Notes: a model not told the origin generated them from the sequence alone. Counted from the stretch's first letter, positions 19,466 to 30,265 are shown. The stretch is DNA of 64,000 bases from an uncultured delta proteobacterium (GCA_963755715.1 CAVWLW010000003.1:1-64000), one strand, 5' to 3'. Program-made: numbers and translations.

Positions 19466-20224
19466 TCAGTGCATATTCATGCCGCCGTCGACGCCGATGG
19501 CTTGGCCGGTCATGAAGTCGCTGTCATCGGAAGCGAGGAAGATGACGGTGCCCACCAAGTCCGCGGGGTATTGATCGCGCTGGATGGCGCGGCGCTTTCT
19601 GCGGTCGGCCAGTTGCTCAGGGCTCGTGACGCCTTCCTGGTTTGGGCTGGAAATGGTTAAGCCGGGCATGATCGAATTGACGCAGATATTGTCGCCGCCG
19701 ACTTCGCGCGCGAGCGCGCGGGTGAAACCCAATACGCCGGCTTTAGACGAGACATAATGCAAGAAAAATGGCGTGCCGCTTTGCGTCGTCCCCGATGAGA
19801 TGTTGATGATCTTGCCTTTTTTCTGCTGCTTCATGGCAGGGTAGACGGCCTTCACGCAGAGGAACAACCCTTTTACGTTGACTGCCATCACGCGATCCCA
19901 TTCGTCGGTGTCGATCTCCATGAAGTTTTTCTTTTTCAAGGCCGAGTAAAGGCCGGCGTTGTTCACGAGAATGTCGATGCGGCCATAGGCTTTCAACGTA
20001 GCCGCGGCCATCGCTTGAGTTTTCTCTGGCGAGGTGACGTCGACGGCCACGGCGATAGCGTCGCCGCCGGCCGCTTTGATGTCGGCGGCAACTCTCTGCG
20101 CTTCCACTTCCTGAATATCGGCGACGACGACCTTGGCGCCTTCTTTGGCGAGTCCGTGCGCGTAAGCTTTGCCGATGCCCACGCCGCCGCCGGTGACAAT
20201 CGCTACTCTGTCTTTTAAGCGCAT
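19466..20224 (-). CDS. Short-chain dehydrogenase/reductase
   Basis: TGGGVGIG, NNAG, YVSSK. Confidence 0.92.
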   Translation of the reverse strand: MRLKDRVAIVTGGGVGIGKAYAHGLAKEGAKVVVADIQEVEAQRVAADIKAAGGDAIAVAVDVTSPEKTQAMAAATLKAYGRIDILVNNAGLYSALKKKNFMEIDTDEWDRVMAVNVKGLFLCVKAVYPAMKQQKKGKIINISSGTTQSGTPFFLHYVSSKAGVLGFTRALAREVGGDNICVNSIMPGLTISSPNQEGVTSPEQLADRRKRRAIQRDQYPADLVGTVIFLASDDSDFMTGQAIGVDGGMNMH

Positions 20225-20249
20225 AGGTTCCTCCGCAGGTTAAGTTCTA

Positions 20250-20387
20250 TCACGCAAAGCCGCGAAGAATGCCAGGTCGTGAGCTAGGTTGAGTCTTGTC
20301 GAGCGAATAGAAGAGATCTCGAAAAGATTTCTTCCTTCGGTCGAAATGACAAGATGTGATTTTGGCATTCTCGCCGTATTCGCGCGA
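20250..20387. repeat. Nested REP-like palindromic element
   Basis: Outer arms 20250-20274 and 20363-20387 (AGAATGCCA/TGGCATTCT); inner arms 20293-20319 and 20325-20350. Confidence 0.65.
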
Positions 20388-20411
20388 AGAATTGTTTTGG
20401 ATTTTCTCCAC

Positions 20412-21452
20412 TTAAATCTTTATCCGATAAAAATCGATCGGGTTATCGTGCAGGATCGCTTTCTTGGATTCGTCGCTGATATCTATGCGGCCCAAAAATT
20501 CGGGTATGTCGTGGCTGAACATGTCGGGCAGGCGTTCGTGCGGATAATCCGACGGCCACATTAAACATTTTGGATTGAATTGCTTCAGCACATGCGGCAA
20601 CGCTTTTTCTTCCACTTCGCAGGTCGTCCAAATTTGGCCGTTGCGAATCAGCTCGCTCGGTTTCTGTTTCAGTAGCGGCGCCTGCACGCGATAAGGTTTT
20701 TCCATCTCTTCGTCCATGCGATCCATCATGTACGGCAGCCAGCCGCAGCCGGCTTCAAGAAACGCGCAACGCAATTTCGGGAAGCGGACGAAGACGCCTT
20801 CGAAGATCATGTGGGTGAATTGAATTAGAATCGCGAAGGGATGCTCGAGTGTGTGGACGTGGAGAAATTTATTGAAAAAATCGAAGCCCATGCCGCGGCT
20901 CGGCGCGCCGTGGACGGTGAGCGGCATATCGAGCCGCTCGGCCGCTTCGTAGATCGGATCGAAATCGGCGTGGCCGTAGCCCTTGTGCAGCGCAGTGACC
21001 GCGGGCAGCAAGCCGGCGACCAATCCCAATGACTTCGCGCGCTCGAGCTCTTTGGCGGCTTCGATGGGTTCGTGCACCGGCAGCAGCGCGACACCTTTGA
21101 GGCGCGGGCTGACATTGGAGAACCGGTCGGCAAGCCATGAATTGTACGCGCGCGCGAGCACGCACGCCCACTCGGGATTTTGCACCAGCCCGAGTCCCAA
21201 TCCACCGGTTGGGTAAAGCACCGTGGTATGGACGCCGAGCTCGTCGAGAAATTGCAGCCAGCGCGGCGCGGGAGTTTCCGGATCTTTTCCAGGAACGCCG
21301 GTGCCGCGGTTCCAGCCGTCGAGGGAAGGAAAGTAAGAATAAGTTTCGAAACGAGGCGCGCTCGAATATCTGCCGCCGAGATAATCGTGCAGCTCGCGGT
21401 CTTTTTCCAACACGTGACCGTCGGCGTCGATGATCGGATAGTTCGGGTTCAT
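20412..21452 (-). CDS. Amidohydrolase-2 family metalloenzyme
   Basis: IIDADGHV, VHG, FLEAGCGW, SDYPH. Confidence 0.9.
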   Translation of the reverse strand: MNPNYPIIDADGHVLEKDRELHDYLGGRYSSAPRFETYSYFPSLDGWNRGTGVPGKDPETPAPRWLQFLDELGVHTTVLYPTGGLGLGLVQNPEWACVLARAYNSWLADRFSNVSPRLKGVALLPVHEPIEAAKELERAKSLGLVAGLLPAVTALHKGYGHADFDPIYEAAERLDMPLTVHGAPSRGMGFDFFNKFLHVHTLEHPFAILIQFTHMIFEGVFVRFPKLRCAFLEAGCGWLPYMMDRMDEEMEKPYRVQAPLLKQKPSELIRNGQIWTTCEVEEKALPHVLKQFNPKCLMWPSDYPHERLPDMFSHDIPEFLGRIDISDESKKAILHDNPIDFYRIKI

Positions 21453-21472
21453 TGCAAACTCCTTACGAATAA

Positions 21473-21569
21473 TTGGAGTGTTGGAGTGGTGGAGTCATGG
21501 AGTGTGGGTATACGGCAGCCGCGCTCAATGGACCCATCATTCCATTACTCCAATACTCCATTACTCCAA
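21473..21569. repeat. Octamer (TGGAGTNN)x4 / (NNACTCCA)x4 inverted tandem repeat
   Basis: TTGGAGTG TTGGAGTG GTGGAGTC ATGGAGTG TGGGT ... ACCCA TCATTCCA TTACTCCA ATACTCCA TTACTCCAA. Confidence 0.8.
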
Positions 21570-21570
21570 C

Positions 21571-22341
21571 TCACAGGAACGATATCCCGCCGTCGACGTT
21601 GATCGTTTGGCCGGTGATGAAATCGCTGAGCGGCGATGCGAGAAACAACATCGCGCCGACCACGTCGTTGGGCATTTGTATGCGCTTGAGTGCGCGCAAG
21701 CCGACCGACGATTCTCTGAACTTGACCATCTGGTCGGTCGGATTTTCTTCCGACAGCGTGTTGCCGGGCGCGAGACAATTGACGTTGATATTATCATCGC
21801 CGACTTCGCGTGCCAGCGTGCGCGTGAAACCGATGGTGGCAGCCTTCGATGTCACGTAATGAATCCTTCCCGGCGCGCCGGCAAAAACGGTTCCCGAAGC
21901 GATGGTGATGATCTTGCCGGATTTTTGTTTGCGCATTGTCGGCAGCGCCGCGCGACAGCAAAAGAAAAGACCACGCAGGTTCACCGCCATCAGCCGGTCC
22001 CATTCTTCCGGATCGATTGTCTCAATCCCGCCGCGGTTCATCGGCACGACGGAGAAAACTGCGGCGTTGTTCACCAGCACGTCGATCTGGCCGAAACGCT
22101 CAAGGGCACGCGCGGCCATTTCCTTAGTCGACGCTTCGTTCGAAACGTCGGTGTGCAGTGCCAACGTCGGCGCGCCGAAATCGTTGGTGATCTCGGCGCC
22201 GCCGCGCTTGGCCGCTGCTTCATCGATATCGGCGATCACAACATGGGCGCCGGCTTTCGCAAAGCCCAGGCAGTAGGCTTTGCCGATGCCGTGGGCGCCG
22301 CCGGTGACGATAGCGACTTTGCCTTTGAGCCCCTCGATCAT
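21571..22341 (-). CDS. Short-chain dehydrogenase/reductase
   Basis: MIEGLKGKVAIVTGGAHGIG, NNAA, YVTSK. Its ATG overlaps the TGA of the upstream gene (ATGA). Confidence 0.9.
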   Translation of the reverse strand: MIEGLKGKVAIVTGGAHGIGKAYCLGFAKAGAHVVIADIDEAAAKRGGAEITNDFGAPTLALHTDVSNEASTKEMAARALERFGQIDVLVNNAAVFSVVPMNRGGIETIDPEEWDRLMAVNLRGLFFCCRAALPTMRKQKSGKIITIASGTVFAGAPGRIHYVTSKAATIGFTRTLAREVGDDNINVNCLAPGNTLSEENPTDQMVKFRESSVGLRALKRIQMPNDVVGAMLFLASPLSDFITGQTINVDGGISFL

Positions 22342-23433
22342 CCTAGCGCTGGATTGATTAATGCCTTGGTCGGAAAGGTGCCCGGCACTTCGCCGCCGAT
22401 GGCGCGGATGCAGTGCTCGATTTCTTTCAACGGGAAAACATGGCTGACCATTTCCTGGACCGGAAACTTGAGTCTCCTCGATGATACGCAACGCCGCTTC
22501 AGTGGCGTCGTTATCGGCGGTGAAGCAGCCTTGCAACTTAATTTCATTCCACACGAGTTTATCCATGAGCATCGGTGTAACGGTGGTGTCGCCGGTCAAG
22601 CCGCCGAGGACCATCGTCGATTGGCGATGCAGGCAGTCAACGGACTTCAAGATCGCGTTGGGGTTGCCGGACACGTCGACGACCACGTCGCACAGCTCGC
22701 CGTTGGTTTCCTTGCGGATCACTTCCACGACGTCTTCTTCTTCGACGTTGATGGTGCGCGTGGCGCCGAATTTTTTTGCTAGCTCGAGCCGCGGCTTGTC
22801 GCGGCCGATGCCGGTGATGAAAATTTTCGCCGCGCCAGCGTGTTTGGATGCAAAAGTGCACGAAAGTCCTTGCTGACCGGGGCCCTGAATCAAAACGTAG
22901 TCGCCCATTTTGACGCCGCCGCGGCGGATCGCCCATTGGAAGCCGTTGGCCATCACAGAACCGATCAACGCGGCTGCTTCGGCGGGAAGCGAATCACTCA
23001 CCTTGGTGGCGAGCACATCGGGGGCCAAGTAAAGATAATCGGCGAAGCCGCCGAACAGATGGGGCGGCTTGTCGCATTTGGTCCGTCCGCCATAGTTGGT
23101 GCGTTGGCGGCAAAAGCGCTGGTTGTTGCGCCGGCAGTCGGCGCAGCGGCCGCAGCCGAGTGCGCCTTTGAGGATGACACGGTCGCCTTCTTTGACATGA
23201 TGAATTGCCGCGGCGTTCTTGCCGAGTTTTTCGACGCGGCCGAGAATTTCATGGCCGAGGATGATCGGATAATCGACTTTGAGCTTGCCGTGCAGATACT
23301 TGACGTCTGTGCCGCACACGCCGCCCATTTCTATTTTTATCAGCCCGCCATCGGCGGGAATGTCAGGCATCGGATATTCGCGGACCTCGAGTTTGTCCGG
23401 GCCAAGTAACGTCGCTCCTCGTACGCTTGCCAT
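22338..23433 (-). CDS. Zinc-dependent alcohol dehydrogenase (MDR) (frameshift near 22470)
   Basis: VCGTD, GHE, CGRCADC...C, GPGQQG. The C-terminus FPVQEMVSHVFPL...KALINPALG* is in ORF 22338..22547. Confidence 0.88.
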
Positions 23434-23522
23434 GGTTTGTCCTCCTTAGTTTGTTGCGTGTATTCGAGTCGAGATCCCTCGCTCTCGCTCGGGATGAAGT
23501 GACCTCTGGTTATTATCAGAGG

Positions 23523-24504
23523 TCACTTCACTCGGTATTCCCGCGTTAGCTTGTCGATGAAGCCGTTGTCCTCGAGTTCCTTTACCAACGACATGTCGAC
23601 ATACCGTTCGGGATTTTCTTTGAGCACCTTCGGGTCTTTCTTGCCGACTTCTTGGATCGGCAGCTCGAAATATTCTCGCGAAGGAGAGGGCTTGAGCGGA
23701 AAGTCGTACTCTTTGAAAGTTTTCTTCCAGCACTTCGCGGTCCTGGACTTTCATATACTTGGACAAAACTTTCATGGCGAATTCTTTGTTGGACTTATAA
23801 ATCGCCACGCCTTCGATCATCGCCTTGGTGAAGTTGACTAGCTCCGGCCGCGTTTTCGCCAAGTAGGATCGGCGCGACACGAAGAAAAGGCTGGAGTAGG
23901 GAATGTTCAACTTGGAGGCATCGAGCAACAGCGTCATGCCCAGTTTCCGCGCCATTAGCGTCATCGGCGGGGTCAGCATCGCGGCATCGGCGTTATTGGT
24001 CTCGACCGCGGCGATGCGGTTCGACTGGTTGCCGACTTGCAGCAACGCCACGTCGATGTCCGGGCGCAAGCCTTCGCGCTGGAGCAGATAGCGGGCGGCG
24101 AAATCGGCGTTGCTGCCGAAGCGGCTGATGGCGACCCGTTTTACTTCTTTGATGCTTTTGATGCCCTTGCGTGCGTAGACGCGGTTGTCCATGGTATTGC
24201 CCAGCCGGCCAAACATGACCAAGTCGAGTTGCGGCGTCGAGATCACGACCTGCGGCGAAAACATGCCGACGTGGGCGTCGCCGGAACTCAACGCAGCGGC
24301 GGCGGAGGAAGCGCCCTGAATAAAAATCAGCTGAACGTTATTGCCGTACTTTTCAAACAGCTTAGCTTCTTTCGTCACCCAGAGCGGCGCGAACTGACCG
24401 ACTTCGCTGGTCCAAACGACGTTGATATTCGCGGCGGAAACTGACGCGGCTTGGGTAAGCAGTAAAACGGCGGCGAAGTGCAGCGTCAGACGATTCAATC
24501 TCAT
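23523..24504 (-). CDS. ABC-type substrate-binding protein, NMT1/SsuA-like (frameshift near 23715)
   Basis: Signal peptide, LFEKYG, AISRFGS. The C-terminus RYVDMSLVKELEDNGFIDKL...K* is in another frame. Confidence 0.8.
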
Positions 24505-24543
24505 GCGTGACTCCTTTTGCTAAAAGCGCAGATAATCCGGCCG

Positions 24544-24573
24544 TTGACCTCGATTCCCGGATACCCCTATACT
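24544..24573 (+). promoter_or_regulatory. Candidate sigma-70 promoter
   Basis: TTGACC-N18-TATACT upstream of the GGAGG RBS and ATG 24610. Confidence 0.5.
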
Positions 24574-24609
24574 GCCGAACCCTTGTTGAATCAAGTTTGA
24601 GGAGGCCCG

Positions 24610-25587
24610 ATGATTCAATTCATGATCGTGCTGCTAATGCTCTTAATCGGCCATCCTTTGGCGTCGGCCCAGACGCCCACGCGCGTGATGTCCGGCTACG
24701 CTGCGACGTCGGGACCGCATGCGGTGTTATGGATTGCCCGTGACGCTGGGCTATTTGAAAAGAATGGCTTGCGTACCGACGTCGCTTACATTCGCAGCGG
24801 CTCAACCATGGCGCAAACCCTGGTGTCCGGCGAGATCCAGATGTCACAGATGGGCGGACCGGCGATGCTCGCCGCCGGGGTCGCGGGTATGGATGTGACG
24901 TTTGTCGCCGTGGCGCTCAACACCACGCCGATCGTGATCATGGGCACGGTGTCGAAGATGGAAGAGCTCAAAGGCAAATCGATCGGCGTGACCCGGTATG
25001 GTTCCAACACCGACATCTCGGCGCGTTTTGCGATCCGCAAGGCGGGACTTCAGCCAGAAAAAGACATCGCGTTGATCCAACTTGAAGATTACGCCGGCAT
25101 CATGGGCGGCATCGCGTCCGGCCGCATTGCCGCCGGCGCGCTCGCCGATCCCTTTACAGACGCCGCAAAGAAGTTGGGCTATAAAGAAATCGCGGATCTC
25201 GCCGCCATGGGATTGGAATTCCCCTTTGTCGGGATCGTCGCCAAGAAATCATTCATCAAGGACAACATGGACACCGTGCAGCGTTTCGTGCGCGCTTACG
25301 TGGAGGCGATCGCGATCTACAAGAACAACCGAGACCTGGCGATGAAGATCACGAGCAAGTATACGGGCATCAAGGATCCGGCAATTCTTGCCGCGACCGT
25401 GGATTTCTATGCGCCGAAGCTGCAGCGGGTTCCTTATGCCACGGTCGGCGGCATTCGCTTCGTTTTGGATCAAGTCGCGGTGCGCGACCCGCGCGCGAAA
25501 AATTACGCGCCGGAGTCGTTTATGGATTTGCGTTTCGTCAAACAGCTCGAAGACAGTGGGTTCTTTCAGGGCCTGTATCCGAAATAG
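24610..25587 (+). CDS. ABC-type substrate-binding protein, NMT1/SsuA-like
   Basis: GLFEKNGL, ELKGKSIGVTRYGS, FMDLRFVKQLEDSGF. Confidence 0.85.
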   Translation: MIQFMIVLLMLLIGHPLASAQTPTRVMSGYAATSGPHAVLWIARDAGLFEKNGLRTDVAYIRSGSTMAQTLVSGEIQMSQMGGPAMLAAGVAGMDVTFVAVALNTTPIVIMGTVSKMEELKGKSIGVTRYGSNTDISARFAIRKAGLQPEKDIALIQLEDYAGIMGGIASGRIAAGALADPFTDAAKKLGYKEIADLAAMGLEFPFVGIVAKKSFIKDNMDTVQRFVRAYVEAIAIYKNNRDLAMKITSKYTGIKDPAILAATVDFYAPKLQRVPYATVGGIRFVLDQVAVRDPRAKNYAPESFMDLRFVKQLEDSGFFQGLYPK

Positions 25588-25686
25588 ATCTTTATTGACA
25601 AATTTGCGCGATGGCGGCGACTGCTTCTTTTAAGATACAGTCGTTTGTCGTGATTGGCTGTCGAACGCTTGAACGCCGGCGATTTT

Positions 25687-25932
25687 TTATTTCTTGAACT
25701 TCTGGTAGATCCACAGCAAGAGAAAGGCGCCGACAATCGAGCCGATCCAACCGGCACCTTGACCAGCCTCATACCAGCCCACCGCCTGACCGGCATAAGT
25801 CGCGGCGATCGAACCGGCGATACCGAGCAACGTCGTCACGATGAATCCCATGTTTTCCTTGCCGGGCATGATTAGCTTCGCAATCACGCCGACGATAAAT
25901 CCGATAATGATCGTGGTCAAAAGGCCAAACAT
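25687..25932 (-). CDS. GlsB/YeaQ/YmgE (transglycosylase-associated) membrane protein
   Basis: IIIGFIVGVIAKLIMPG...LGIAGS...GWIGSIVGA. Confidence 0.9.
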   Translation of the reverse strand: MFGLLTTIIIGFIVGVIAKLIMPGKENMGFIVTTLLGIAGSIAATYAGQAVGWYEAGQGAGWIGSIVGAFLLLWIYQKFKK

Positions 25933-26086
25933 ACTTCCTCCTGCGAATGGACAGATCTCATCCGGCGTAATATCGAAAAGGAATGCTTGGAGTCAAACGA
26001 TGGATCTTGGATTGAACGGGTTGAGGGTTTCTGCTTGACGCTGGTCGTTGAGCTAACCTAAAGTTGCGGCGCAGGAGGATAAGCTC

Positions 26087-27043
26087 ATGCATTGGCGGAT
26101 GGCGTGGCTCGCGGTCTCGCTTCTCATGGTCGTCGGCAGCCTTAAGCTTCCCCAAGCCGATGCTCGGATCGTCGTCGGCGTATCGACAGTGAACGTCGCG
26201 TTTCTGCCGATCTATCTCACTCAGGACAAAGGTTTCTTCAAGGATGAGGGATTGGACGTGCTCGTCGTCATGTTCAATGCCGGCGCGACGAATCTGCAAG
26301 CGATGATCGGTGGCGACGTGCAGATCATGGCCGGCGGGGTACCGGAGACTGTGCTCGCCAGGGCGAGCGGCGTGGACATCAAGAACTTCTGGGCGATCTC
26401 TAACCTGATGCCATTTCAAATTTATGGCAGCCCCAAGTTGAAGTCGCTGAAGGATGGCAAAGGGAAAAAGTTTGCGATCAGCCGCTTCGGCTCGCTCTCC
26501 GAATTTCTCACCCGTTCGGCTCTGCGCCGGTCCGGCGTCGATCCCAAAGACGTCACGATGTTGCAAATTGGCGCAACTCCGGCGCGCTTCACCACGCTGG
26601 CAACCGGCATCGTCGATGCAACGATTCTATGGTTTCCGGTGACCGAGCGGGCCAGGGCCGTCGGCATGAACAAGCTCTTTGATCTAAAAGATATCTATCC
26701 CAATTGGACCAACGTCGGCTTCATCGCGCGCGAAGCGTGGCTCGCCAAGGAAAAGGATCAGGCGGCGAGATTCTTGCGCGCTTATCAGCGCGGCGTAAAG
26801 CACACGCGCGAGAACCGCGACGACGGCATCAAAGCGCTTAGGAAATATGTCGGACTCGACGCCGCCGAGGCGGCCGCCGGATACGACGAATACCGCGATT
26901 CTTTTCCGCTCGACGGTCGAATCCTCGACGCAGGTATCAGCGCCACTGTGGAGCAAGAGATCGAAAGCGGCAGACTCAAAGGAAAAATTTCTCTGAGCGA
27001 AATGATCGATAACAGCTTTATCAACTCCATGGGGAAAAGGTAA
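26087..27043 (+). CDS. ABC-type substrate-binding protein, NMT1/SsuA-like
   Basis: GFFKDEGLDV, KGKKFAISRFGS, RFLRAY. Confidence 0.85.
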   Translation: MHWRMAWLAVSLLMVVGSLKLPQADARIVVGVSTVNVAFLPIYLTQDKGFFKDEGLDVLVVMFNAGATNLQAMIGGDVQIMAGGVPETVLARASGVDIKNFWAISNLMPFQIYGSPKLKSLKDGKGKKFAISRFGSLSEFLTRSALRRSGVDPKDVTMLQIGATPARFTTLATGIVDATILWFPVTERARAVGMNKLFDLKDIYPNWTNVGFIAREAWLAKEKDQAARFLRAYQRGVKHTRENRDDGIKALRKYVGLDAAEAAAGYDEYRDSFPLDGRILDAGISATVEQEIESGRLKGKISLSEMIDNSFINSMGKR

Positions 27044-27108
27044 TTTTCAGCGCCATCGCCCAGTGGATCTGTATGAACCTGCCTAGCATGGCGCGACTGT
27101 TTTTGATC

Positions 27109-27609
27109 CTACTGATTCTTGACCAGGGCGAGTCCGAGCAGCACGACGATTGGGCCGAGCGCGGCGTTGATTTTTAACAAAAGAAACCAGCGGCGCCAGT
27201 AGGTGAGCAGAGGTTCGGGCCAGGCATCGAAGCTTTGCGGCAATTGCTCGGTCAGACGCGCGATCGTCGGCGCGTATTTAAATACCTGCAGGCAGTGGTG
27301 TACGAGCATCGCGCCGAAGAGGAACAGCTTTACGCCGAAGACGATGGCGAAAGAGTCACCGATGGTTGGCGGCGGCATGGCAAGGCGCGCAAGCAAATTC
27401 ACGATTCCCGTCAGCAGCAACAACCCGATCGCGAACCAGCTAATGGCTTCGAGGCCGATTCTGGCCCGATTCATCGTTCTTAGCGCGAGCTTCGGGGCCA
27501 GCTCGTTAACCGCTGGTCCCGACACTGCGAGAAAAAATACGATGGCGCCGAGCCACATCGCGATTGCGATCAGGTGCGCCATCGAGGTCAGCGTTTGCCA
27601 CGTGGTCAT
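27109..27609 (-). CDS. Four-TM CopD-like/DUF4149-type membrane protein
   Basis: HLIAIAMWLGAIVF, LLLTG, K...HH pattern. Divergent from the cox operon. Confidence 0.55.
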   Translation of the reverse strand: MTTWQTLTSMAHLIAIAMWLGAIVFFLAVSGPAVNELAPKLALRTMNRARIGLEAISWFAIGLLLLTGIVNLLARLAMPPPTIGDSFAIVFGVKLFLFGAMLVHHCLQVFKYAPTIARLTEQLPQSFDAWPEPLLTYWRRWFLLLKINAALGPIVVLLGLALVKNQ

Positions 27610-27766
27610 CGAAGGAGTTCGCTCACGATTTCCAAGATTGGCTGCAATCTTCGCACAAATCATCGGCAAATCAACTTTGTCCGCGCTTGAATTGAGCCAA
27701 CCCCTGTGTTAGCTAAGGGAAAGTTTTCACGCCGGTCTGCAAAAAATCATAAGGATGGTTCACTAG

Positions 27767-28432
27767 ATGCTGCAGTGGTTGCCGGAAGACGTGTCGACGT
27801 TTGGGCAGGAGATCGATTCCCTTTTCTACCTTATTTATTACATCACGGCAGTCACTTTTATACTCGTGACCGTCTTGATGGTTGTGTTCTTGATCAAGTA
27901 TCGCGACCAGGGCGGCAGGCGCGCCACTTATAGTCACGGCAATACGACACTCGAGATCATTTGGACGATCATCCCGGCGGTGATCCTGATTGTCCTGGCA
28001 TTCATGAGCGCGTCGACTTGGGCGAAAATTAAACGCCATGTCCCCGACACGGATTTCGAAGTCGGTGTCACCGCTAAACAGTTCAATTGGGAAATCAGTT
28101 ATCCCGGGCCCGACGGCAAGCTCGGCACCGACGATGACGTCAAGTTCGATAACGATGTGCACGTGCCGGTGCATAAAGTAGTTCGGCTAGTGATCGCCTC
28201 AAAGGACGTGATCCACAGCTTCTTCATCCCCAACATGCGGTTTAAGCAGGACGCGGTCCCGGGCCGGCAAATCATCAACTGGTTCGAAGGGACCAAGCCG
28301 GGAAAATATGAGCTGCCTTGCGCGGAGTTATGCGGATTTGGTCATTCCGGCATGAAAGGCTGGCTCTACGTCATGACGCCCGACGAATATAAAAAATGGG
28401 CGGACGAAAATCTGGCTGCTAAACCGCAGTAA
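27767..28432 (+). CDS. coxB: Cytochrome c oxidase subunit II
   Basis: LEIIWTIIP, DVIHSF and CuA motif CAELCGFGHSGM. No fused CxxCH domain. Confidence 0.95.
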   Translation: MLQWLPEDVSTFGQEIDSLFYLIYYITAVTFILVTVLMVVFLIKYRDQGGRRATYSHGNTTLEIIWTIIPAVILIVLAFMSASTWAKIKRHVPDTDFEVGVTAKQFNWEISYPGPDGKLGTDDDVKFDNDVHVPVHKVVRLVIASKDVIHSFFIPNMRFKQDAVPGRQIINWFEGTKPGKYELPCAELCGFGHSGMKGWLYVMTPDEYKKWADENLAAKPQ

Positions 28433-28487
28433 ATACATCCAAACTTTTGTTGATTCATCCGAAGCCACTGACGGAGGATTTTGACCG

Positions 28488-30250
28488 ATGAGCGAGACAG
28501 CGGCGACGCACGCGTCGCATGAGCATCACCAAGAACTGGGTTTTTTCCGAACGTATATCTTTTCGCTCGACCATAAGATGATTGGTCGGCAGTTCTTGTT
28601 CATGGGCCTGCTCATGATCATCGTTGGCGGCTTGCTCGCGATGCTGGTGCGCTGGGAATTGGCTTGGCCGGAAACACCCGTACCGGGGCTAGGTTTTATT
28701 CCCGAACCCTATATTTATCCCGGCGAACACGGTGGCGGCATTATTCCACCGCAAACTTATAACGCCCTCTTTACGATGCACGCGACGATCATGATTTTCT
28801 TTGTCGTCATGCCGATCATGGTCGGAACTTTCGGCAATTTTCTGATTCCGCTGATGATCGGCACCCGGGATATGGCATTCCCAAAATTGAACATGCTCTC
28901 TTTCTGGGTCGGCGCCATCGCGACCTGCGTGATGCTCTCGAGCTTTTTTGTTCCTGGAGGTCCGGCGGCGGGCGGTTGGACAAGTTACGCGCCGTTGTCC
29001 GCGAGAGCGCAATACACCGGCGTCGAATGGGGACAAAATCTCTGGATCATAAGCTTGCTGATTCTTGGCGTGTCTTCGCTGATGGGATCGATTAATTACA
29101 TTACGACCATCATCAACATGCGGGCGCCGGGCATGACCTATTTCCGCATGCCGTTGACTGTCTGGTCGCTCTTTATCACGGCGATCTTGCTGCTGCTCGC
29201 CTTGCCGGTTCTGACCGCGGCTTTAGCCATGTTGCTCTTCGACCGCATAGCTGGCACGAGCTTTTTTCTCCCGGAAGGCGGCGGGCAACCGTTGCTCTGG
29301 CAGCATATGTTTTGGTTTTTCGGCCATCCGGAAGTCTACATTTTGGTGCTGCCGGCCATGGGTGTCACTTCCGATATCCTTTCCACTTTTTCGCGCAAGC
29401 CGATTTTTGGTTATCACGCCATGGCTTTTTCGATGATCGCCATCGCCTTTCTATCGTGGATCGTTTGGGGCCATCATATGTTTATCAGCGGCATGAATCC
29501 GCTGCTCGGCACGGCGTTCATGATGACGACCATGGTCATCGCGGTGCCGTCGGCCATCAAAGTTTTCAATTGGCTGGGCACTTTGTGGGGCGGGACGATT
29601 CGCTTCACCTCGCCGATGCTGTTTGCCTTGGGATTCGTGTCGAATTTCGTGATCGGCGGCTTGAGCGGAGTCTTCATGGCCTCGACGCCGGTCGATATCT
29701 TCATCCACGACACCTACTTACATCGTTGCTCATTTCCATTACGTGGTCGCCGGAATCGTCTTTGCTTTGTTCGCGGCGGTTTATTACTGGTTTCCCAAGA
29801 TGTTCGGCCGCACGATGAACGAACCGCTGGCAAAGATTCATTTCGTTTTAACCTATATTTTTTTCAACGGCGCGTTTTTTCCCATGCACTTCCTCGGCGT
29901 CGCGGGGCACATGCGGCGAATTTACAATCCCACCCAGTACGAGTTCTTGCATGCCGATGCAGCATTGGAACGTGTTCATCACGATCAGCGCGCTGCTCTT
30001 GGGCGCGTCGCAGTTTTTTTTCCTGTTTAACTTCGTCTGGAGTCTAATCGCGGGCAAAAAAGCGGATCGCAATCCCTGGCAGGCCAACACCCTGGAATGG
30101 TCGGCGCCGACGCCGCCGCCGCACGGCAATTTCGAGGTACAACCGGTCGTCTACCGCGGCCCCTACGAGTACAGCTCGCCGGAAGTCAAAGAGGATTGGC
30201 TGCCGCAAGATAGAAATCTCGGTACTACCGCCGCAGCGCGAGCGCATTAA
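28488..30250 (+). CDS. coxA: Cytochrome c oxidase subunit I, A1 type (frameshifts near 29718 and 29950)
   Basis: [50 protein letters not shown]. Confidence 0.95.
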
Positions 30251-30265
30251 CGGAAAATTGGAAAT

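Noticed and set aside
21473-21569. CRISPR-like array
   Set aside because: Units are 8 bp with no spacers, arranged as an inverted repeat, and no cas genes are present.
21571-23433. Apparent 620-aa MDR-SDR fusion
   Set aside because: A frameshift near 22470 hides the true ADH C-terminus (ORF 22338..22547), which ends in an ATGA overlap with the SDR start. These are two genes.
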